Shown in pieces: positions 16,314-24,800 of a stretch of 39,392 nucleotides of DNA (position 1 is its first letter; each line of letters opens with the position of its first letter). The stretch is taken from positions 1 to 39,392 of the forward strand of contig JACCLL010000085.1 of the NCBI GenBank assembly GCA_013425325.1, written 5' to 3'. A program made the translations under genes and the position numbers. The notes under the pieces are model-generated. The model ran no database searches. It saw only the letters and a list, made by a program, of their open reading frames with translations, and was not told where the DNA came from. This DNA is from Candidatus Micrarchaeota archaeon (GTDB taxonomy: Archaea > Micrarchaeota > Micrarchaeia > Norongarragalinales > UBA8480).

Positions 16314-17849
16314 ATGGAGAAATCAAGGTTTCCTCTCAAACTGGTAGGAATAGAGGGAGAGCTAAAGGGAAAGGAAATAGTCTTAAACCGCGAACACTCG
16401 AGCATCGGAACCAAGAAAGGATTCCACATACGCCTTTTGAAAGACCGCCGCATAGATGCCTTCCACGCCACGATAGAACGACGCGAGGGACCCAACGGCT
16501 TTGCGTACTCCATTTCCCCACGAGACGGCCTCGTTTTCTTAAACCACGATTTTATCTTTGACCGACGGCCCCTAAAGTACGGCGACGAAATAAAAGTAGG
16601 CAGAACGAAATTCGTATTACAAAAACACTACCAGCCAGAGTTCACGGACCAGGAAGTGCAGGACTTCTTCCTAAAAACCGCGGGAACGGCGCACGTTTGG
16701 TTCCCGCCCGCACTGAAGAAAAAAATATACTCCGCGTGGACTGTTGAAAAAGCAACAGGCTATTTTCTCCCAGACCGACTTAAGGAAAACGAGATTGCCC
16801 AGGCGGCGACCGCCGCGGAAACAATAGTGTCGGCCCTTGAAAAAGCCGGCGCGACGGGCGTAGGCCACAAAATAGTTAACAGCGTAATGAAAAAAGCAAA
16901 CGAAGCCATAACCCCCTCGGAAGCCATTAACGCACTAGAGTCGCTTGTTCCAATAGCCAAGCAAATTCCCTCGATAGTAAATCAGAGCGAGGCCTACACC
17001 TACTCGGACTTGGCCAAAAAATACCTCGATGACCAAGTAAAAAAACTTGCGGCGTTCCCCGACCAAGAACTAGACAAGACGAAAACGCCTCCAGAAATAA
17101 TAAAAGAGATTCACGCCCGCGGAGTCACTCCGGAAATACAGACACGAAGCGGCGAACCCACCTTAGTCCTGACGCTGCCAGAAATAACGCCCAGAGACAT
17201 GAGGGCAATGAAAGCGGAAATAGGCTGGGAAGCCGAATACCCGCAGTACGCGGCACGAATTGCAACCGACACGGCCACCGACTTGTTCTCCTCGACGCTC
17301 GACGCGCGGCACTTCGACTGGTGGCTCGAACATGAAAAAACCACCACTAAAAAAGGATGGAGCCTAGTAGTATCGCCGCGCACCAACGAAGGCACCAGGC
17401 TTCTGGCTAAAATGCGAACAACTATTCCAATGGAAGCCGGCAAGCACAAGGAAGCCGCGCAGGCCGTCATGGAAGCAATAGCGAAACAGCCCGTTCCTCT
17501 CGAGACCAGCGTGCAACTACTCGGAGAACCAAGGAAGCCGACCCTCATACTCAACATGCCGGCGGTCACCTACGAACACCTGAAGAAGGCAGGCTGGCCC
17601 GCCAAGGAAAAAGAAGTCAACGCCCACCGGGACGCCTTGACCGACCTCATGGCCGACCAAGTTAAAAGCAACCTGTTCACAAACGCGATAGACCGCTCCC
17701 ACTTCGCGGCAAAAATCCAAATTCCTTCCGTAATAATAGGAAACTCGGTAAGCCGGCAAATAATATTAACTCCCAAAACCAACGAGGGAGAACACTTGTT
17801 CGAACAACTCGCGAAAATAATTGAAGAAAAAGCACGCAAACGCAAGTAA
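16314..17849 (+). CDS. FHA-domain protein (degenerate pThr site) with a duplicated C-terminal domain
   Basis: N-terminal FHA pattern: L..IEG..KG.EI.L....SIG......I.L....I...HATI...GLVFLN...PLKYGDEIKVG.TKF. C-terminal internal repeat. Confidence 0.82.
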   Translation: MEKSRFPLKLVGIEGELKGKEIVLNREHSSIGTKKGFHIRLLKDRRIDAFHATIERREGPNGFAYSISPRDGLVFLNHDFIFDRRPLKYGDEIKVGRTKFVLQKHYQPEFTDQEVQDFFLKTAGTAHVWFPPALKKKIYSAWTVEKATGYFLPDRLKENEIAQAATAAETIVSALEKAGATGVGHKIVNSVMKKANEAITPSEAINALESLVPIAKQIPSIVNQSEAYTYSDLAKKYLDDQVKKLAAFPDQELDKTKTPPEIIKEIHARGVTPEIQTRSGEPTLVLTLPEITPRDMRAMKAEIGWEAEYPQYAARIATDTATDLFSSTLDARHFDWWLEHEKTTTKKGWSLVVSPRTNEGTRLLAKMRTTIPMEAGKHKEAAQAVMEAIAKQPVPLETSVQLLGEPRKPTLILNMPAVTYEHLKKAGWPAKEKEVNAHRDALTDLMADQVKSNLFTNAIDRSHFAAKIQIPSVIIGNSVSRQIILTPKTNEGEHLFEQLAKIIEEKARKRK

Positions 17850-17852
17850 TCT

Positions 17853-18185
17853 TCAAACGCGATACACTTGAGCGTGCGGCACTCCCGCCACTTTCTTCAC
17901 GCTTTTTTCACCCAACGAAGGCAGTACCTTGCGCAGGCAGGCAACCGACTTTTCTCCAACCACGTTAAGGCTTGAGCGCGAGTCTTCCAAAGCGTTCTTC
18001 AGCATTTTTTCGGCTTCTTTTTCTCCGACTTTCTCTCCCTTGTAGAAGGAAGCATTTACCTTCAAATCCAAGACTACTTTTCCTTCCTCGAAAGACTTGC
18101 CTAACAGCGCAGCATCGCAGAGCGCAAGCACTCTGCGCGCCGAGCCGTCGGCGAAAGTGCGCGAATGCTTTTTGGCGTACAGCAA
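17853..18185 (-). CDS. DUF424 family protein
   Basis: VLALCDAALLGKSFEEG, SFYKG, LNVVGEKSV, VAGVPHAQVY. TTG start at 18185, 2 nt after the upstream stop; the ORF-track start overlaps the upstream gene. Confidence 0.88.
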   Translation of the reverse strand: MLYAKKHSRTFADGSARRVLALCDAALLGKSFEEGKVVLDLKVNASFYKGEKVGEKEAEKMLKNALEDSRSSLNVVGEKSVACLRKVLPSLGEKSVKKVAGVPHAQVYRV

Positions 18186-18187
18186 AA

Positions 18188-18835
18188 TCAGCTCGTGCAG
18201 TTGAAAGTGGAGACCATGTAGTCGAAGGTCACGGAGTCTTGTTGAAGAGAATCCGGAATTGCGGCCATCAACGCGGCCACGTACGAAGTTCCATCCGGCT
18301 TCCTGCAGTTGAAGAAAGCGCCGCGCAGGAAAACCCGTTCGTCTTGCTCGACGAATCCCCTTGTTTCTCCTCTTCCGGTCCAAACCGTTTTTCCGCTTAA
18401 AGTGGTTTGGTTGAGTGAATAGCCTTCAACTCCCTCGAAGGCGTTGGCTGCAACTTCTTCGACTGAAAGCCGTTCGTTAACGCCGACGTCTATCACTTCA
18501 GCAGACAGGATCCTGTCGTAAGAAGAAAACGGGTTGTTCGCGGTAAAACGCAGGCGCAGGCCGAAGTCCGGGTCGACGTCCGCGCGGTATCCCGCGGGGT
18601 AATTGATTTCAAAACCGTACAAGTCGTCGTAGTAATGCATCATTTCAGTTGAAGCAACTTGCTGCGGCAGCGCCATTGGCTCGCCCCGCGCAGCCAACGC
18701 AACGGGAGTCTGGCCGGTCATCTGCTGTGCCTGCTGCTGGACGTAGAAAGACATTGCAACCATGAAGACGATTACGACAATAAACAACGCAATCAGCGTG
18801 CGCCTTCCTCTTTTCGCCAAAGTACTCAAAACCAT
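18188..18835 (-). CDS. Signal-anchored extracellular protein, PsbP/Mog1-like fold probable
   Basis: Basic N-region plus TM (LIALFIVVIVFMVAM); YYDDLYGFEINYPAGY is a typical PsbP-like start; ends FDYMVSTF. Co-oriented 11 nt after the giant gene. Confidence 0.75.
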   Translation of the reverse strand: MVLSTLAKRGRRTLIALFIVVIVFMVAMSFYVQQQAQQMTGQTPVALAARGEPMALPQQVASTEMMHYYDDLYGFEINYPAGYRADVDPDFGLRLRFTANNPFSSYDRILSAEVIDVGVNERLSVEEVAANAFEGVEGYSLNQTTLSGKTVWTGRGETRGFVEQDERVFLRGAFFNCRKPDGTSYVAALMAAIPDSLQQDSVTFDYMVSTFNCTS

Positions 18836-18846
18836 TTTTCTTCTCC

Positions 18847-21800
18847 TCAGCTAGCGCTTTCTCCGGCTCCCCTTCCAGTTCCCGTGTCCTCGCGCTGGCT
18901 CTGCAGCCTGCTTATTTCAGCGGCGCCAAGCGTTCCTCCCTTGACTGCCACGTTGGTCAGAGGCGCGTCGTCGGGCGCGAACACCGACTTGAAGAACTGC
19001 TCGGCGTTAACGCGCGGGTTGTTTATTGCCATCAGCAAGTCGTATCCCTGTGGCGAAGCGGCTGCAAACGACGTAACCGGCGTCTGCAGCAGGCACGCGG
19101 CGTAATTCGAGTTGCAGGCGTTGCCCAAGTAGAACGACTCTTCCGCAATGCAGCCCTGCGCCGTCTTGACGCAGAGCCTGTCGACGGTCGAGAAGTACGA
19201 GTCTCCGGGACTGCCGCTCAAGTGGTATGAAACAATGTGCGACGGAACAAGCGGGTCCAACTCGGCTTGCACTGGCCTCATGTCAGTAGTAAACAACAGC
19301 GTCGACGCAACCTGCAGTGCAATCCTGCCTGCCTGCGCGCGGCGCAGCGCGTCCCTTGCCCGTGAAATCCGTCCTCCGCTCGCGGCAGCGCCTGCGTCGG
19401 CGGCAGCAGCCGCGGCAGCCTCTTCTCCGGCAACGCGCGTTGCCGCTTCGGCGGCGGGAGTGCGGATTACCGAACGCTCTATCAGGTTAGTCGTTTCTAC
19501 CGCTCGGGCGGTAGTGAGCAGTTGTTGGTCTAACAGTCCTGCGGGCGAGTTGACAAAACCCGGCGTGCGCCATCGTTGAACGACTTGTCTTGCCACGTCT
19601 TCTGTGATGGTAGTAGTTGTAGGCAAGCCGGAAGTGCGTGCCAAGAAAGTTCTCTGGAAGTTTCCTTCAACGAATTGCGCGAGGCTGCCCTGTGACTCGG
19701 CTTCGGCAAGTAATTGTTCGAAAGCCATTCCAGGAGTGAGTTGCCCGTTGCTCGCAAATACTCTTTGCGCTATTTCAGCGCGGATTGGCGCGGGCGCGGC
19801 AGTAAGAGGAGATTGAGTGTAAAGCATGGTGTAGCCCCTGCCTCCCGCGGTACCGATGCCGTTTACGTTACCCATTTCACTAGCCAAAGCAACGTCATCG
19901 ATAATGTTCGCCGGAAGCCCTTGGGTTACCGTGACTCTGCTGAACGTGCCTGCGTCAATTAGTTCATCCGCGCCCCTCCTGAACAAAATGCGCAGTTCTC
20001 CTGCCGCAGTTCTTTCGACTGCAGCGTCGCCCACTAGCTGCCTCAGAAAATCTTCGGTTCTCTGCGCTCCAAGCACGCGAGCCCTGGCTAATCCAGTGAT
20101 TGCCGCATCGTCAGTCAAGGAAACGGCTTGCAGGCCGTGTTCTTGAGCGATTCCGTTCAGCGTATTCTGCGGCAGCCCCGCAAGTCTCGTTGCTTCCGCT
20201 TGAACCAGCGCGTCTTGCGCTTCACGCAAGGCCACGTCGGCAGCGGCCCCGCCCCTGACGCGGTTTCCTATTTCCCCGGCGAGGGCGCCGTCGGCAACTA
20301 TTCCGTTTGCCGCAAAGAAGGCAGCCAAGTCCGCTTCCGCTCCGGCAACGGCAGTGGGCGCGGTTGTTTGCGCAACTGCTTCCGCGGGCGTGGCCTTAAT
20401 TCTTGAGGCGTAAACTGCGCTTGCCGCAAGCGGAACCGTGGCCGAACTGGTTTCGCTAGCGTCCGAAGCAAGCAGGTTGACTGCCGCGCTGGTGCCGCCG
20501 GCAATTCCGGCTAAAACCAGTCCGCTGCGAAGCGCCTGGCGGCGCGTAATGTCTTCTGCAGTCCTCGTGACTATATTACTGCCTACTCTCGCGGCAAGGC
20601 CTCTTCCCAACGCAACTTGTCCTCCGGTGGGCAGCAGTGCGCTGACTATTCCGTATATTCCGGATGAAATGCAGTCGTTGACCATTCCACAAACGGCTCC
20701 GCCTGGCGGCGAAGTAGCCGTTTCGGCTATGCCCATGCCGGCGCATATTGCGACTGCCTGTGCCATGCCTTGGGCAACGCGTATGCACACGCCTTGCCCG
20801 CCTGGAATCAAGCAGGACGCCAGAAGGCCAGTGCCGATGCCGTACATGGTTCCGAGAATGTATTTTCCGTGGTCCCAGCAGAACTCGCCGTCGTCGTAGT
20901 AAGCAGCCGGCGCGGCGTAGTGTTCCTGGCCGCCGTACAAGTACTGGTACAACGACGTTGCCGCTTTAGCGTCGCGTTCGTTGGGTTCGGTTGCGTAAGG
21001 CCCGACGGCCATTACGCCGATGTCAAACATGTTGAGTAAAGTCGACGGACTCGAGAAGTCAACGCTGCGCGCGTTGCTCATGATGCGTTCGGGCAAGTCG
21101 AGGACTCTGCTGAATTCGCTTGGCCAGTCGGACAGCCTGTGCCCCACATTGACTCCGAGTTCGTCGGGCGAGTTGCCTCGCAGGAACAACGCGGCGTTGG
21201 CGAGGTTTTGCTCGCAGTCCTGTATTTTCTGCACGCGCACGCGGATGCCGACTTCGTTGCGCCAGCTGGCGTCGGCGTGAGAACCGGCGGCCTTGCACGC
21301 GTCGATGGTTGCAGTGACTTTGTACCACCCGCAGCCGCGCACGCTTCCGCCGGTAATGCCTTCGAAGTAGTCGCGGTAGCTGTTCGAGACTTGTGCGCCG
21401 CCCGCTTCCTGGCGAAGCATTTTGTTGAACTCGTCAAGCGACTGGTTTGCAGCAACTTTCTGTAAAATAATCGATTTAGTCAGCAGGCCCTGGCTTCCCA
21501 AGACCGTGTGCTCGCAGAAGAACGTGTTCGTTTCCTGCGACTTGGTTATGGAGTCCAGGTAGGACTTCATGTTCGAAAGGAATGAAACGTATGCGGAACG
21601 CGTTTGTTCGGCGTCGCAGAAAAACTTCTGGCACGTAATGAAACTCGTGTCCGCCTCGGGCATTTCTTCGACTGCGGACTGGACTACGACGCGTTCCTGA
21701 AGCGGGGCAGGGGGCTCGTCCGCTCCCTCGTCTTGCAGGCTTACTTTTTGTTTTGCGGCCATTTGCTCGCTTGAAGCGGCTTGGGTTACCGCCTGCGGGG

Positions 21801-24800
21801 GAGCGAGTTCGCCGACGGGCGAAGCCGAGTAAAGTTCGCGCGCTTCCGGCGTGGCGGGCTCCGGGAAGACGACCACCAATACGCTCTTTTCAGTCGAGTT
21901 TCCCGTGCGCGTTCCAGTGAAAGTGATTTTCAGGTTTCCGTCTCCCTGCCTTACGGAAGTGCAGCGCACGAGCTGCGCGTCCCCAGCGGACATTGAGGCG
22001 GGAAGCTCGCATTCGACTGGAGCGTCTCCGCTTGCGGAAATTTCCGCCGGCTCGAGCAAGTTGTTCGCAAGGGTCAGGAAGCGGTATTGGCCGGGCGACT
22101 TGAACGACAGTTTCATTGGGCCCTGGGTCCGCTCGTTGTTCCAGTCGTCCGCGTAGTTGACGAAAACGCCGTGCAGCGAGTTGTTGACGTCGAACACGCG
22201 GTTGTAGACGCAGCCGTTCCTGCTCCTTGAAATCTTTATTTTCACTGGAAGAGCCCAAGTGCCCTGCCAGTCCTTCTGGTTCTTTGCATGGAACGTGATC
22301 GAACCGTTTATCCAACCGTCTTTGGCGACGCAGCCGTTTGCGTCAATCCAATCCGAACTCGCGGCCGAGAGGCTGGCTTCAATTACGAGGCGGTTGCACT
22401 GGCGGTTCTGGAAGTCAAGCGCAAGGTTCGCGGGAGTTCCAACGAGTTGGCCCGAGAAGTAAATGCGGTCGCGGGAAATTATTTGGGAGAACGCCTGCTG
22501 GTCTATTGGCGACGAAATGCTTTCCACGTAATGCTCTCCCGAGTAGGGGTAGAGCAACTGGCTTCCTGAATTGTAGAGGCAGACTTCCTTCTTGTCGCTC
22601 TGGTGCTCGTCGCTAAGCGAGAAAGTGAGGTTGGCGGGCGAGCCGCTCAAGTAATCGCCGGTTCCGTGCACGCTGACCGGACCGGACGCGTCGCACGGCA
22701 GAATCGACCACTCTTCTCCTTCGGGAATGGTTGTTTCCCACAGCGTTGAACCGTCGGCTTGCTTGACTTCCCGGCCTATGGCACTTTCGGGGAAAACTAT
22801 TCTGCGGACTGACGAAACGCTTACGGCAACCGAGCCGCGTACGTCAAGCGGCATGCACGAGTCGAAGTCTACTTTATAGCGCCTCGGCGGTCCCTCGTAG
22901 CCCGGCGGAAGAATTATTGTCACCGGCTGGCGCTGGGTAATAGACAAAAGTTTTTGGTCGTCGTCGGTAATGTCGAGGCAGGTGTAAACCTTTATTTTAG
23001 AGCCGGGCGGAACGCGTATTCTTCCGCTCCTGCCGGTTCCTTCAAGGGAAGCGCCTTCGACGAAAACCGCTCTCGCTGCGGGCGTCGTGTGCGTGAACTT
23101 GCCGCTTTTCGCGCGAATAGTCAAACGAGTGCACTCGGACAAGTTTGCCATGACGCCGCCGGCGACTTGATAGGCTTGCGCGTCGGACGGGAGTTCGAGA
23201 ATCGTTTCCTCGTCGTACTGGAAATCCATTTCGCCCAAGTCGGTTCCCGTTCTTCCGAAGGCAACCGGAGTGTTGGGCGGAATTTGCGCGATTACTCCGT
23301 AGCCAGGCGCTTGCGCAATCGGAGTGTTCGGCGGAAGAATGACGTACGCATTGCGCAGGTTCACCCTCAAGCCCATTGCATCGGGTTGTTGCTGCGCGTC
23401 GGCCGGAAGCTGGATGAAAACCACTGTCGGAAAACGCACTATCACGCTGTTGCTCGACAGCGAGAGGGGCGAAACAGGGCCGACCGACTGGGCGTAGCGG
23501 GACGACATTACGAATGGAACGCCTGCCGGAACAACGGCCTGTTGCTGGTTTACTGAAGCCGTTTGTTCGAATGAAGTTCCCGACGAGTACAACGACGGGT
23601 CGCGGTAGTAAGCGGAAGTCGCGGTGGACGAGTAGTAAGGAGTATTGCCGTACGGGTCGTAGCTAAGCGAGTTCTGCGCGCGTTCGGCCGCGTAGCCGCC
23701 GTACATTGAAGAGCCTTGGTAGAACACGAGCTTGTCCTTCGAAGGCAGGAGCACTGGAATCGAGCCGTCGTCCGCAGGCTGTCCGCGGATTACGGTTCCA
23801 ACCGGGAACTTGAAGACAACCGGAACGGGAAGCGTGAACACGAGTCCGTCGTCCAGATAGCACCTCGAGGAAGCAAGGATTTCGACGTTGGCCTTGACGA
23901 GTTTCTTTACCGAAATGGACTGCATTGCAATCCTGAACTCGAGGTCCACTTCCTGCGTCGTGTCCTCGACTATGCAGCGGTCGTTCAGCGACTCGCGCGG
24001 AAGAGTTGCGGTGACGGTGAACTCGCGGGATTGCCCGGGAGCGATTTGGGCCGACAATGGCGTTATGCGGACGTTGCGCTGGCTCGACTGCTGGTTTACT
24101 ATTACGGGAAACGGACTGAGATTGGTTACGTTCAGTTTCTCGGTCTTCTTGGCTTCGCGAGGCGGGTTGATCGAAAAATCTATTTCTTCAGTCGACACTT
24201 CAACCAAGTCAGCCAACGCCTGTTGCTGAACAGAAGTCGAGGCGGTGAAGCGAACGTCGGCCTCTTGCGTGGTTTGCGCAAGCTGGCCCAACACGTGTAC
24301 TCTCCCCGAAACTTTTTCGGAAAGCGTCCCCGCCTTCATTGCAACAGTCAGAATCGCTTGGGAAACCACTGCGCTGAACCTCAACTGCTTTTCTTCCTTT
24401 GCGCGCAGCGTGAAAGCCGGTTCGCTCAGCAACAAATTAGTGTACAAGGGATTTTCGTCGGGAATTACCGCGGCGCTGACGCGCACGTCGTTCTCCAACA
24501 AGTTGGTCAAAGAAATTTCGGCGGGCTCCTGTTCGCCTTTCTCGGTTCCCGTAGTTACGCTGACTGAACTTGGTTCTATCGAAAACAGTTTTTGTGTCAC
24601 TACGTTCAGCGTTCCCTTCTTTGTACGGAAGCCTTCGGCGCTTACTTGGTAGTCGACTTCGCCGATTCTCTGCGGCTCTATTCCGTCTATTACGTAAACG
24701 CCTTCCGCGTGCTGCGCGCTTCCTTCCTCGGACGCGCCAGACGACTCGAAGGTTGTTCCGAGCGCGTCGTCCTCCACTCCCAACGAAACTCTTGCGCTGG

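Noticed and set aside
17853-18383. 176-aa version of the DUF424 ORF
   Set aside because: It overlaps the PsbP-like gene by about 200 nt, and family similarity begins at TTG 18185.
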